Notes under the pieces: generated by a model | The model's database searches: none | What the model saw: the letters and a program-made list of their open reading frames with translations, nothing else | Told to the model about the DNA's origin: nothing | Assembly: GCA_951406725.2 (NCBI GenBank) | Contig: OX597819.1 | Coordinates: 6,200,001 to 6,264,000, forward strand | DNA: 64,000 nt | Direction of reading: 5' to 3' | From: Octopus vulgaris | Lineage: Eukaryota | Program-made: the position numbers and the translations under genes | Part shown: positions 1 through 14,409 of the stretch, piece by piece | Layout of the letters: every line of letters begins with the position of its first letter | Numbering within the stretch: the first letter of the stretch is position 1

Positions 1-324
1 ATCAAAGTTTTAATATATCACGCGTCTCATATGTTTTTGTTCGTACCTTGTCGAGTTTGCATTAATACAACAAGAAAATACTAATTGCTGAAAATAAAGT
101 TTTAAGTGAATAGTGAATAGCTACTTGTAAATTATTGGTGTCTCAGCACTTCTGAATTTTGGGTATGGTAGTGTAAACATTCAGTCATTTAACAATTTTA
201 CCAAAAGAATCAATAAATTATTATTTCAATGGACTGGAATTACAAAGAAGATAATTTTTTAAAACTTAGAACGGAATAAGATTAGAATACACCACTGCTA
301 TTCCAAAACACGATCCATTATTTA

Positions 325-520
325 GTCAATCAACCTTCTAGAAATAGCTTCCACATCTTCACCTCAACACACGCAGAAGTTTTGAAAAAAGGGAAGTGTA
401 CAGTAAATGACGTATTTCTAAATATGCATTGACAAACAGGACAGCCCTGACTGGAACGCTGTTTCTTATTTGTCTGTTCTATTGCAACGACGTAGATCTT
501 GAAATTGTAAAGCCTCTAAT
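325..520 (+). repeat. Diverged copy of dispersed repeat family E (CTAGAAATAGCAG... type)
   Basis: ctagaaatagc start and downstream ...gactggaacg... recur in diverged form at ~4176-4345, ~17975-18190, ~27605-27770 and ~41905-42490. Confidence 0.45.
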
Positions 521-1263
521 TTCATTGATTCCACTTTCGGGTAAAAGCAAACTAAAGCCAACAAAACTACGTAGAACTATATCAGAAGCACAAACAGATG
601 GCTATCAATATCTACTCTGACGGATTTCTAGTTAGGTTCAATATATAAAAATTTTCCATTCTACCAAATCATTTATATAATATTTCGTTAAACCCGTGGA
701 GAGCAACCATTTAAAGAGAATACTGATAATATCACCTCTTATTGAAATTTACACACTTCTCATACATGAAGTTTCTCATAACCATCAGTAACAGAAGAAA
801 TTTGTGGGAAGCTTGAGGTCTTATGGTGCAGACATAAACGTTAGTTTTACAGATGTCCTAAACACATCAATTTGCCATTAACTTCATAGGCCTAGAAATG
901 TATGAATTGTAGCGCTGGACAGGTGGAATGGATAGACGAGCAAGTATATATTAAGGGAAATACGTAACCATATGACATATGGTCGGTGTATAAATACGAT
1001 AAATATTGATAGGAAAAGTAATTTCATATGGTGTTTTCAACTTTTGTATTTCTTTAAACGTTAGAACCGGTCGACGATCAATACACCGAAATAATGATTG
1101 CAGACTTATTGTCGATAAAAAGTGAAAATTTATGTTTCCACCTATATTAAGCCATACATAAATAAACATCGCATATAAATATGTCTCTATGTGTGCGTAA
1201 ATACATACATATGTGCATGTGTATGTGAGTGTGTGTGTGTGAGTTTCTCTCTCTCACTCTCTT

Positions 1264-1309
<46 letters not shown>

Positions 1310-1310
<1 letters not shown>

Positions 1311-1712
1311 TTACTCTTTTACTCTTTTACTTGTTTCAGTCATTTGACTGCGGCCATGCTTGAGCACCGCCTTTAATCGAGCAACTCGAACCCGGGACTT
1401 ATTCTTTTGTAAGCCCAGTACTTATTCTATCGGTCTCTTTTGCCGAACCGCTAAGTGACGGGGACATAAACACACCAGTATCAGTTGTCAAGCAATGCTA
1501 GTGGGACAAACACAGACACACAAACAAACACACATACATATATATATACATATATACGACAGGCTTCTTTCAGTTTCCGTCTACCAAATCCACTCACAAG
1601 GCATTGGTCAGCCCGGGACTATAGCAGAAGACACTTGCCCAAGATGCCATGCAGTTGGACTGAACCCGGAACCATGTGGTTGGTTAGCAAGCTATTTACC
1701 ACTCCTGCGCCA
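1310..1712 (-). mobile_element. tRNA-derived SINE, family A (Octopus-type), near full length
   Basis: Minus strand reads GGCGCAGGAG..GGTAAATAGC (A box), GGTTCAGTCC (B box), TTGGGCAAGTGTCTTC, an internal TA/TG tract, then ...CAGCATGGCCGCAGTCAAATGACTGAAACAAGTAAAAGAGTAAAAGAG tail. More than 10 homologous copies occur in the window. Confidence 0.9.
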
Positions 1713-1867
1713 TATATATATATATATATATACATATGCAAACACACATTATTCTTTTACTAGCTTTAGCCATTCAACTGGGGATAAGTGAGTACAATGC
1801 ATGTAAAAGGTTAGTCGATCAAAGGATCCTAGCACATATTTTTATGCCTGGATCTTATAATTTTTTA

Positions 1868-2252
1868 CGATGTACACTTCAGCAACCATTACATTTTGCA
1901 TCCGAACCAGCCTAAATGTACCAAGAATAAATATGAAAATAACCGTTTTAGGCCCCGCTGTACGCGATGGAATTAACGATTTACATCGATTGTCAGATAT
2001 AACCACAGATCAGCAAACGATTTGTTCGTTGAAAGTGCAAACAAAGCAGGTGACTTGATTTAGAATTTTAAAAAATTCGAGTGCTTGTGTTTGGTAAAAC
2101 ACAACATCTTGAAACACTGGTGGTGTTGAATCCAGTGGGACTATCATCGTAAAAGAGAACAAATTATTCTTCTGTGACGTACTCTACAGCACCCAACATA
2201 TTTTGCATCCGGATTTGCTTGGAGGTACTAAGAATAAATATGCAAATAATGG
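1868..2252. repeat. Pair of diverged ~80 bp direct repeats about 308 bp apart
   Basis: gtacacttcagcaacc..ttttgcatccg..gtaccaagaataaatatgaaaataa (1872-1943) versus gtactctacagcaccc..ttttgcatccg..gtactaagaataaatatgcaaataa (2179-2249). Confidence 0.55.
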
Positions 2253-2447
2253 TTACATCTATTTTACGTGACATGAATTTAAACATGAGTACATAACACA
2301 CAACGATGTGTGTTGCTATCTCAAAAGATGTAACTAGTGCAACAACTTTCTTGGCATGACACTTGTTCAATGCATATCGCACCAAAAACTACATGGTTGC
2401 CAGGTTACCAAGTAAAATTTTTAACCACACACCCATACCTGCGAGTG

Positions 2448-2561
<114 letters not shown>

Positions 2562-3387
2562 TTTGTATAAATAACAGTGAATAACAGTATGTATGAATAC
2601 GCTGTATTATTCGTCATCCAAATTTTTATCCAGTTTAATTATAACTGTGAGTGCTGGAAAAACTTCTATCGTTCGTCCAGAAAATGCGGGGATAAAAAGC
2701 CAAAGAAAACGAAGTCAGATCTTATGGTTGAAAAATATATGAATGAGATACAATACTGGCACGAAAATCATGTACAGGTAGGGAGTATTTACAAAAAAAG
2801 TTGTCTTTGAAATATAGACGGAAATCAAGAGAGAGGATTCTTGCTGAGAGGGAAACTGAAAAAAAAAGAATTATTTTGTTTTAAGTTCAACCTGACTCAG
2901 TGGGAAATATCGAACGTGTTTGGGCACGAAAAATAGCATAATAGAAAGGAGCAAGAGATGATGGAAATCAGCAGGAGCAAGTTGCGAGATAGAAGGGAGA
3001 GATATAGTGAGTCACTGGGAAAGAGAAATTGAGAGAGCGAGAGAAAGAGATAGAGAGAGAAAGAGAGCGGTGGGGGAAAGATACAGCGAAAGAGTGATAG
3101 TGTCAGTTGTAATGAAATAAACAAATCTGTTGGTGAAAATTGTAACTGTCTCCGCTTATAATATAAATAAAATGAAGAGTAAAATAAGTGAGCAACAATT
3201 GAAGGAAGCCTGTTTTTAAGCTGTATGTATACATTTGCATATAACATATATTGAAACATAAGTGATAACGTGAATTTCACCATTTTATCGGCAATAATTC
3301 TAAATCCTGTTGTTTTCCTTGTGTCTCCAATTTCAACCATTTGTGAGTTTTAAAGAATGAAGGACAACACAAACGCTATATTAGATA

Positions 3388-3900
3388 CTAGCAGTATCGC
3401 CCGGCGTTGCTCGGGTTTGTAAGGGAAATAACTATATAAGCATTTTTAGAGAGTTACTTCCCTTATAGATGCCAATTCGGGCTTTCTTAGCCATTTCTGT
3501 TTTGGTGTCTTCAAGCCATGAAGTCGTTGTTCTAAAAGAACGCTGGTCTCCTTGACAACGCTTTACGACGTTGATTTCCTTACACTCCCTTCCCCACAGC
3601 TTCACGAGGGAGGAAAGAAGGGGGAGAAGCAAACAGGTGCAGGTGTGACCATGGACGCCAACTCCGCCGCCATCGACACACGAAAAATTATGCATTAAAA
3701 TGGAATAAAAAATGATGTTAAATTATTTTTAAAATCGTAGACTCATCGTAGACGCGCACTAATACCGAGACGGGCTCGATCTGAATCACGACTATAAGAT
3801 ACCCGAATTTGGTTAAACTGCACCGCAAAATGTGGGAGTAGTTAGGAATCTAAATCGAAGGGGACAGACACTCACACAACTACAGTTTTATATATATAGA
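3388..3900 (-). mobile_element. Non-autonomous Helitron, complete
   Basis: Minus strand has a 5'-TC start, a 3' hairpin CCCGAGCAACGCCGGG about 8 nt before the terminal CTAG, and sits between A and T. Homologs at 20855-21184 and 41974-42369. Confidence 0.85.
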
Positions 3901-4380
3901 TATATTCAGGGTGGTGTTGGTGTGGGGGTATTAGTCTGTGTTTGCATGTGTTTGTGTGTGGAGGGGCTTGTGTGTGTGTGTGTGTGTGTCTGTGTGAGTG
4001 TGTGCGCATCAGACTCAATTCCTCGATGGAGTTAAAAGCTAGCACGGTTAAAGAGAACATCACAAGAAGAGTATGCAATGGCCTATGCATTGCGAAGACA
4101 CAGAAAGGAATTGTACATTAAAGAATGGATACACAGTTATCTAATGGTAGTATGTAACGAACCAGCGAGGAAGGCCACTCGACTAGCTAGAAATAGCAGA
4201 CATATAAACCTAAAATCGACAATATAACATTGTAAAGAGATTCTATGTACGCTTTATCTTTAATAATAGGGTGATGGCCGGATTATCTTTGATCATGTGT
4301 CAGGCGCATGAGCCTCCTACAGGTAAACATTAAGCACAACAGCAAGATTTATATATTGACATATACATATATCTAAAGAG

Positions 4381-4676
4381 TACTCCGTCGGTTACGACGA
4401 CAAGGGTGCCAGCTGATCAACGGAACAGCTTGCACGTGAAATTAAGGTTCAAATGGCTGAGTACTACACAGACACATGTACCCTTAACGGAGTTCTCAGG
4501 GAGATTCAGCATGACACAGATTGTTACAAGGCTGGCCCTTTGAAATACAGGTACCACTCACTTTTGCCAGCTCAGAAAATAAAGTGTTTTGCTCAAGGAC
4601 ACAACGCGTTGCCAGGAATTGAAACCACGATATTACGATCGTGAGCAGACTGCCTTAAACACTAAGCCACGCGCCT
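4381..4676 (-). mobile_element. tRNA-derived SINE, family C head with ...AACCGACGGAGT tail
   Basis: Head GGCGCGTGGCTTAGTG..GGTTTCAATTCC..TTGTGTCCTTGAGCAAAACACTT. The tail is shared with the copy at 43400-43590. Confidence 0.8.
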
Positions 4677-4878
4677 TTACTATACATATATATTACATAT
4701 GATAAAAAAGAAAATGCCTATTATTGTGTTTGGTTGTAAATGAATAAAGGTGCACATTAAATCTTCAGAGACTATGTATATACATACACTCTCCAACACA
4801 CACAGACGCACGCGCACAAACACACACATAAGTATATGTATGTATGTATGTATGTTTGTATGTATGTATGTATGCATG

Positions 4879-4938
<60 letters not shown>

Positions 4939-4948
4939 TATGTAGTTT

Positions 4949-4986
<38 letters not shown>

Positions 4987-4997
4987 CATATATATAT

Positions 4998-5220
4998 AAG
5001 GCACAGGCGTGGCTGTGTGGTAAGAAGCTGGCTTCCCAACCACAAGGTTTCGGGTTCAGTTCCACCCACTGCATGGTACCTTGGGCAAGTGTCATCTACT
5101 CTATACTCTAGCCTCGGGCCGACAAACGCCTTGTAAGCTGATTTGGCAGAGGGAAACTGAAAGAAGCCCGTCGTATATATATGTATGTGTGTGTGTCTGT
5201 GTGCGTGTGCGTGTGTGTAT
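4998..5220 (+). mobile_element. SINE family A, 5' half
   Basis: ggcacaggcgtggctgtgtggtaagaagc...gggttcag...cttgggcaagtgtc...gaaactgaaagaagcccgtcg. Confidence 0.8.
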
Positions 5221-5225
5221 GTGTG

Positions 5226-5430
5226 GGATTAAAATTAATGAAAGTACATGCTAAATCTGTTTACCTGCTGGAAATAACAGTCAAAACTCTTATTTAAATC
5301 GCCGAAATACACTGATGATAACTACAGAAATCAACCATCCGAAGCTAAGTGTATTATGGCGAAAAAAAAAAATTTGACTGTTATTTCCAGGAGGTAGACA
5401 TACTTAGTATGTCTTGATTAATTTTAATCC
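5226..5430. repeat. Imperfect inverted repeat (fold-back), arms ~85 bp
   Basis: ggattaaaattaat/attaattttaatcc, ctggaaataacagtcaaa/tttgactgttatttccag and aatacact/agtgtatt all pair. Confidence 0.75.
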
Positions 5431-5605
5431 TTCAGCAATTTAATGTTGTTGTTTTTTTGGTGGGGGTGGGTTGCAATTGCCTATATTATTGATCCTGTTA
5501 TTATCATTTTAAAAGTGTTTCACTAGATAATAACAGAGTCAATGTTAGCTTCGTAAATTATCTTTTCGTGAATTATGTTTTCTCATAATGATTCGCTCCG
5601 CATCG

Positions 5606-5673
<68 letters not shown>

Positions 5674-5734
5674 ATGTATGTATGTATGTATATATATATA
5701 TATATATGTGTGTGTATATATATATATGTGTGTG

Positions 5735-5789
<55 letters not shown>

Positions 5790-5808
<19 letters not shown>

Positions 5809-5822
5809 TCTATCTATCTATC

Positions 5823-5862
<40 letters not shown>

Positions 5863-6161
5863 TGAATATATATATATGTGTGTGTGTGTATCTGTGTATG
5901 TGTCGCTGTGTGTGTCTATGTCTCTGCCACCCCACCAACGCTTGACAACCGATGTTGGTGTGTTTACGCCCCCGAAACTTAGCGGTTCGGTCTAACAGAC
6001 CGATAGAATAAGTACTAGGCTTACACAGCAACAGTCCTGGGGGCGAATTCTTCGACTAATGATGGTGCTCAGCATGACCACAGTCAAAAGACTGAAACAA
6101 GTAAAAGAATAAAAGAATATTTATATTTTATGTAAGTATAAGCACACACACACACGCATGT

Positions 6162-6211
<50 letters not shown>

Positions 6212-6410
6212 GATGTATGTCTATATATATGTTTGTGTGTATATTATGCATATATATATACATGTGAGCGTAGGCAGGCTATTTTCCGACAAAATGGTTT
6301 TTGTGTTTACTATCGACTAAGCTAGGTATCTTCATATAATGTCTCCCTTGAAATACTATCATAATTACCAGATATCTAAAGATATATATATACACATATA
6401 TATCTATCTA

Positions 6411-6460
<50 letters not shown>

Positions 6461-6760
6461 TGAATATATATATATGTGTGTGTGTGTATCTGTGTATGTG
6501 TCGCTGTGTGTGTCTCTGTCTCTGCCACCCCACCAACGCTTGACAACCGATGTTGGTGTGTTTACGCCCCCGAAACTTAGCGGTTCGGTCTAACAGACCG
6601 ATAGAATAAGTACTAGGCTTACACAGCAACAGTCCTGGGGGCGAATTCTTCGACTAATGATGGTGCTCCAGCATGACCACAGTCAAAAGACTGAAACAAG
6701 TAAAAGAATAAAAGAATATTTATATTTTATGTAAGTATAAGCACACACACACACGCATGT

Positions 6761-6822
<62 letters not shown>

Positions 6823-6976
6823 GTTTGTGTGTATATTATGCATATATATATATACATGTGAGCGTAGGCAGGCTATTTTCCGACAAAATGGTTTTTGTGT
6901 TTACTATCGACTAAGCTAGGTATCTTCATATAATGTCTCCCTTGAAATACTATCATAATTACCAGATATCTAAAGA
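5790..6976. repeat. Tandem duplication with a ~595 bp unit containing a SINE A 3' half
   Basis: 5790-6382 and 6383-6976 are near identical and both end in accagatatctaaaga. They differ by a few substitutions/indels and by microsatellite length. Confidence 0.9.
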
Positions 6977-7934
6977 GAGATATTAAAGAAACTGCAGTAA
7001 ACAGCCGGGGAAAAAATTACGAGGACAAGGCCGCTTAGCTCGTCAGATTTACCTATTTACTTATATTCTCTATCTTTCTAGACACCTGTTGTATTGGAGA
7101 AAGATATGTAACATCGATGTTTTTGATCTTTCAGATTTCAGTAGTCAGTGTTTTAGAATACATTTATCGCAGAAACTATAATAGTGTTCACGGTACTTAA
7201 TTCAATAATGAAGATAGAAATGTCTTACGATAATTATATTTACTGCCGTTTTCTTACAGCGACTCATTTAACCGAATCTGCTATGTTACATAGAAACTAT
7301 ATATTGTAAACAAAGTTCTAATACAAACAATATTTACTTTGATACAGAAGTAAATTCGAATATTCTTACCAAGAAATGTTGCAATTTCTGATGAACATTA
7401 TTTGGTTTTCTTTTGTTCCTTTATTGTTGTACTAGTTTCAGTCATTGGATTGAGGCCATACTGAAATAAAACCTTCAAGGGTATAATTGATTTAATTGGC
7501 CACAGTATTTGTAGACCGACTCTTATTTTATCGCCCTCCGCCATCCCACAAAAAAATGATTAAACCATGTTGACTTCCTCGGAATTGGACTGAAGTTGTA
7601 AAAGAAAGGAACCGAATGCCACGATATATTTTTCTCTTTCTCACTCAGTATGTCCGTTTGTACGTCTCTCTCTTCCGATTTGTGCGTGTGTATACGTATA
7701 GATGCATACGGCGTGCGTACACCTTTTGCTCAGCTTGTAAGTATATATCTAAATTCTGTATGGTTTTCTTCTTTCTTTCCTCTTTTCTTTTTCTTGCTCC
7801 TCCTTTCTCACTTTCTTGGCATTCTCTTTCTTTCCATTTTCCTTTTCTCGCTCCCCTTCTCTCACATTTCTTGGCATTTTCTTTCTTTAATCTCTCTAAT
7901 TTCCTCTGTACCTTCCCCCCTCTCTCTCCCTAGT

Positions 7935-8430
7935 TCCTTCTCTAATTCTTCAATCCCTCTGCTCCCTACCTCTCTCTGTTCTTCTCACGTGACCGGTGCT
8001 CAGCCAAGCATGATCGTTCTTTCTTGGCCTGACCGCCACTCGCACAACACCTTCTTTTCTTGTCTCCTGACCTTCATCTATGTTTATTGCCTTCAGATTT
8101 CCACTTCAAACACCAGCTTAACTTAACTTCTCCTTTTAGTCGCAAGACACCTATTGCTATTCTTGTTGTTTGTTTTGTAATCGTGTAACATTTTCTCCGT
8201 TTTCTCGTTCGTTTCGTTCATGTTGTTACGCATATTTTCCGCTTTCATCCCAAATTTTAATGCCCTTAGCTTAGACTTGTGGGGCCTACCAATTTTGAAC
8301 AGTCTCAAGTGTAACAGGCCGAAACTGTAGTGATAATTGGAATCTTGAGTAATGAATAAAAAGCCACGAATGGTCTTCATGGCCGTCTTTGTATTGTCCA
8401 TCTGTCTGCATGTTTTCATCGTCGTCCGTT
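7935..8430 (+). mobile_element. Probable Penelope-like element pLTR relic
   Basis: Pyrimidine-rich leader, then a hammerhead-like motif at 8289-8340, then AATAAA at 8355. This is typical PLE pLTR organisation (inference). Confidence 0.4.
8289..8340 (+). ncRNA. Degenerate type I hammerhead-like motif
   Basis: ccaatt-TTGAACA-gtct..aggc-c-GAAAC-tgta..aattgg, with ccaatt/aattgg able to form stem I. The core is non-canonical. Confidence 0.35.
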
Positions 8431-8452
8431 GTTATTGTTCCTTGATATATAT

Positions 8453-8848
8453 AGGAATGGCTGTGTGGTAAGTAGCTTGCTTACTAACCACATGGTTCCG
8501 GGTTCAGTCCTACTGCGTGGCATCTTGGGCAAGTGTCTTCTACTATAGCCTCGGGCCGACCAAAGCATTGTGAGTGGATTTGGTAGACGGAAACTGAAAG
8601 AAGCCCGTCGTATATATGTATATGTATATATGTATGTGTGTGTGCATGTTTGTGTGTCTGTGTTTGTCTCCCTAGCATTGCTTGACAACCGATGCTGGTG
8701 TGTTTACGTCCCCGTCACTTAGCGGTTCGACAAAAGAGACCGATAGAATAAGTACTGGGCTCACAAAGAATAAGTCCCGGGGTCGATTTGCTCAACTAAA
8801 AGGCGGTGCTCCAGCATGGCCGCAGTCAAAGGACTGAAACAAGTAAAC
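8453..8848 (+). mobile_element. SINE family A, near full length
   Basis: ggaatggctgtgtggtaagtagc...ggttcagtcc...through ggactgaaacaagtaaa. Confidence 0.9.
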
Positions 8849-8859
8849 TAGTAAACGAG

Positions 8860-8922
<63 letters not shown>

Positions 8923-9873
8923 TGTATGTGTGTGTATATATATGTGTATATGTGTGTGTATGTGTGGGAGTGTGGGTGGCTGTAAGCGTGCTATGCAAAT
9001 ATACATACATACACACACACATATGGATGTGAGTTTGTACGTATGGATATAAATAGAGGGAGGCAAAGAGCAGATTAATTCACTTAACAAGTAACATGAG
9101 CAAATTTTGAAAGGTGAGTAACATTGTCATCTTAATGGACTCTTGTATATAACAGATAATTATTATGCCACCCTATGTAATACGAATGACAAGTAATCCC
9201 CTAGACACTTGAACATGAAACAGATGGTCAGAGACGAGTCGAGTGTAGCAAATATTTTGACGCTGCGAAGTCTCACCTAATTCATCTATGTGATATGACT
9301 GCACAAACTTTCTGAGTTATTTCAGAATCTACTTTCAGGATATACAAAAACTACAGAGTGACACCGGTGCAAAAATATAAACAAAATGCTTTTAAACGTA
9401 CAGAATACGTTTGCAAATATTAATGATATAAAAATCACACATGTATAAAAATCACACATACTCAAATATACAGAAATATATTGAATGGAGGTAACGTCTG
9501 CTAATATAATAATAATATAAAATTCTACGTGGTTCTGTTTGTTGGTTCTATGATTCTTTCTCTGAGTTGGTATGAGTGAGATAAATCTTTTTATATATGA
9601 TGAAGGAGAATACAAGAACAAATAAAAAATATCTTCGCAAACATCTACTCAGATAGAATACAAATATATCCAGACGACCATGCTACCAATACAGAATATA
9701 GATAAATATACAAATGCAGTAAAAATATACGCGCGCGCACGTCTCAGTTTGTCAACGAAAGAGAAATAGCTATTTTAGAGTATATAATTTCATCAAAATG
9801 AAAATCTTTCTCGAAACACGAACTTTACATCATTGCGTGTAAACATCCTGGACGAATGAAACTTCTAAAATTC

Positions 9874-10515
<642 letters not shown>

Positions 10516-12353
10516 CTGTAGGTATAATATGCATGTGAGTGTGTGTGTATATGCGATGTTTATGATGATGTTTCTTTAACTCTCTGCAACGGTTCGTTAA
10601 AAGAGTTTGATAGAATAATTACCGGGATCTTTATTTAACTCAAATCCTTCGAGGCGGTGCTCTAACATGGGCGCAGTTAAGTGACTGAAAGAAGAGGTGA
10701 AGGATATGACACGTACAAACATGAGCGCAGCCACACACACACACACACGCACGCATGGACACTTGATACACAGTTTATTAAAATCGAGTACTGTGTGTGA
10801 CTTCGATGGTTCAACGGCGGCGTTACTTCTTTTGTTCTACCAGTGGTGATAGTTGGTCCGTCAGTTAACTATTTGAAGGTGGTAACATTATTCATATTTC
10901 AGATACCCTGGTGATACTTTCAAATAGTCGGGACCCTGCATTTTTATCGTACTGTCATTAAAGTACTACAAATCACTCAAGGACTACTAAGCTAATATTC
11001 TTTCATACTGAACGAGTTGAAGTAAAAAGTGAAGAATTAGATGAATCAAAATACTAAAATTATGCTTTTAGTCAGTTCCGAAAAGCTGAGGCAATTGTAA
11101 TAATTTTTTTAACGGATAGAGGGTAAACATGCAGTAGTAGACTAGCAATTGGAATATATTCGTAGGGATTTTGTAATCAAATAACATTCTTCTCCATATG
11201 GTTATATGATGTTTGTACATAACTGTTGAAATAGCTCAGAAGTGCAAATCGCACATCTGTGGGCACGATCTTTTGAATTTTGTAACACCTATCACATAAG
11301 AGCTGATTTATCTTTTCTTTCTTTTCTGCAGTCGAAATGAAATGAGTGATAACAGATTTGCGGTGCAGATTTGGTAATTTGAGGTTACCCAATTGAATTA
11401 TTAGGATTACCGAGCTAATGATGGATTTTTACCTGGGCTCCCGATCCAATAGAAAAAACGCATTGGGTTGTGTGGTCCTGATTTCTTTCTACGAGTGAGA
11501 CATATGCGGTGATCTTGACTGAAAAGCCTTTGGTTATAGGTCTACACGACCAGGTTTGACACGAAATTAAACAACATCTTTATTAGAAATAATGTGTGGC
11601 CTTGACCCAAGTCCATTGAAGAAGAACGTCAGTAAGATTACAACGGAAGAATATTCCGGCCATGAACAGCATGTGAACTTAAATAGCTTGTACCACATTG
11701 TCCAATGTGTCATTTTTAAAGACGTTATATTATTCCAAGGAAGATGTATTTACCATTTCTGGAAGATATAATGACTACTTTGTGGATATCTCGATGGTCC
11801 GTGACTTTCCATGGGTTACATCGAAGTTGGTCATGTATAAAGAATATAAGTTACATGAGTGTTTCATTAACATGTGTAGTGACTGCGTCTTATTGCTGTA
11901 GAGTATATTTAGGTTGCCACGTCTGTATTAGAGGATGTTTAGTTACTCTACAACACTTTTGACCATATATGTATCTGGAGAAATCAATAATTATTAGCTG
12001 GGATACTAAACTAATGAACACTATTCAGATTTATTACTGAAGGAATTCGTGTACACATAATAAGTGAAGTGTCTAGTAAGTTCGGCTATAGGCGGACAAT
12101 AACGTAACAGGGCGTCAGGCTAAATTATAATATGCGTTTAAAATCTATTTAATTAAATTTTCTTGCTCATATTTTTGCGATTAAAAAGAAAAAAAACGAA
12201 GCAAATTTTCACTTGAGAATTAGAATATTCCACTCACTTTATTCCTTCCTTATTTACTCATTTATTGTTACCTTGCTTTCATTCCTCCCTTTCTCTCCCT
12301 CCCTCTCTCCCCCTCTCTCTCTCTCTTGCTATATACATATGTATGAATGTATG

Positions 12354-12425
<72 letters not shown>

Positions 12426-12434
12426 TGTGTGCGG

Positions 12435-12755
12435 AGGCGCAATGGCCCAGTGGTTAGGGCAGCGGACTCGCGGTCGTAGGATAGCGGTTTCGATTCCCAG
12501 AGCGGGCGTTGTGTGTGTTTATTGAGCGAAAACACCTAAAAGCTGCACGAGGCTCCGGCAGGGGGTGGTGATCCCTGCTGTACGCTTTCACTACTCTTTC
12601 TCTCACTCTTTCGTCTGTTGGCGCTCATCATGCACCGCGCACTTCGCACCAGATAATGAACCACCGCTCGGCGACGGCCCGATCCATTTCTCCATCATGG
12701 AGAAGGCTAAAACAATGCGAACGCATTGTAACAACATCTGATGGTCTGGTCTGAT

Positions 12756-12763
<8 letters not shown>
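12435..12763 (+). mobile_element. tRNA-derived SINE family B with RTE-type tail
   Basis: Head GGCGCAATGGCCCAGTGGTTAGG..GGTTTCGATTCC. The tail cgcattgt..aacaacatctgatggtc..gatcacgtgat resembles the tail at 28070-28098 and the RTE 3' end at 44880-44903. Confidence 0.8.
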
Positions 12764-12834
<71 letters not shown>

Positions 12835-12856
12835 TATATATGTATATAATATATAT

Positions 12857-12929
<73 letters not shown>

Positions 12930-12949
12930 TATATGTATATAATATATAT

Positions 12950-12995
<46 letters not shown>

Positions 12996-13124
12996 TGAAA
13001 CACATACACACATGTGCAAACATTCATTTCTCAGCGACAACTATTCAGGAATAAAAAGAAAAGAAATTGTCTTAGGCTCACAGGAGTCTATTGTTTCCCC
13101 AACCCCACCTCATATATTCTTAAA

Positions 13125-13565
13125 TTTTTATTCTTTAAGCATTTGTTTCAGTCACTTGACTTGGGCTATGTTGGAGCACCGCCTTAAAGGGTTTTAGTCG
13201 AACAAATCCATACCAGGAATTATTTTAAGCCTACTACTTATTCTATCAGTTTCTTTTGACAGACCGCTAAGTTACAAGGAACCAAACACAGCAATACTGG
13301 TTGTCATGTGGTGATGGGAGGGGGAGGGAGAAACACAAACACAAAGACATACACATACAGACACACACACTTACACACACACACGTATATATATATATAT
13401 ATATATATATACGACGGCCTTCTTTTTGGTTCCGTCAACCAAATCCACCAGCAAGGTTTTGGTCAGCCCGAGGTTTTAGTAGAAGACACTTGCCCAAGAT
13501 GCCACGCAGTGGGACTGAGCCCAATATCATATGGTTGGGAAGCAAACTTCTTTACTACACAGACA
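13125..13565 (-). mobile_element. SINE family A, diverged
   Basis: Homologous to 1310-1712 over its length. Confidence 0.85.
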
Positions 13566-13568
13566 AGC

Positions 13569-13672
<104 letters not shown>

Positions 13673-13674
13673 TA

Positions 13675-13852
13675 GCGCGTGGCTTAGTGGTTTGGGTGTT
13701 AGCACCAATGATCGTAAGATTGTGGTTTTCATTCCTGGACCGTTGTGTTCTTGAGCAAAACACTTCATTTCACATGGGGAATATATACTCCATAGAAACC
13801 GGGAAACCGGGGCCGTGAGCCTGGCTAGGCTTAAAAAAAAGGGCGCATTTAT
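13675..13852 (+). mobile_element. SINE with family C head and GAAACCGGGAAACCGG (V-domain-like) body
   Basis: gcgcgtggcttagtgg..ttgtgttcttgagcaaaacacttcatttcac, then catagaaaccgggaaaccgg..gagcctggctaggc. The V-domain resemblance is from recall. Confidence 0.65.
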
Positions 13853-14083
13853 TTATCTATTTTATATATATTTATATATATAATGTCCTGATCTGTGATA
13901 GAGAACTTAACAAATAAGTACTCCATTTGTTGAGAGATCAATATTATCTATTTAAAGGTCACAATTTCTTTAGTTTGTTATGATAAGTGGTTTACGCCTG
14001 AAGACTATTTTTCTCAACATAAGAAACTATTAGTGGTGCTTTAATACTTGTATTGTGACCTCGAAATAAATAAATAAATGAAT

Positions 14084-14116
<33 letters not shown>

Positions 14117-14165
14117 GTATATACACATGTATATGTATGGATGTATAAATGTGTGTATGTATGTA

Positions 14166-14207
<42 letters not shown>

Positions 14208-14409
14208 CACACATATAAATAGAGAAAGAGATAAGATGAAAAAACACGGATTTGTTTTCCAGGATTTAAGAGTATATTAGAGCCATGTTAAGAAAGATAT
14301 ACAATTTTGTACAAAATGTTTTGTTCTTTCAACATAATTGAAGTAAGGACCGGTCTCCCATTGTTCATCAAACTGAGAGTTGAAAGAAAGAAATTACTAG
14401 GGTACAAAA

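Noticed and set aside
12435-12505. tRNA-like sequence with A and B boxes
   Set aside because: It runs directly into a SINE body and lacks an acceptor stem or T-run terminator, so it is a SINE head
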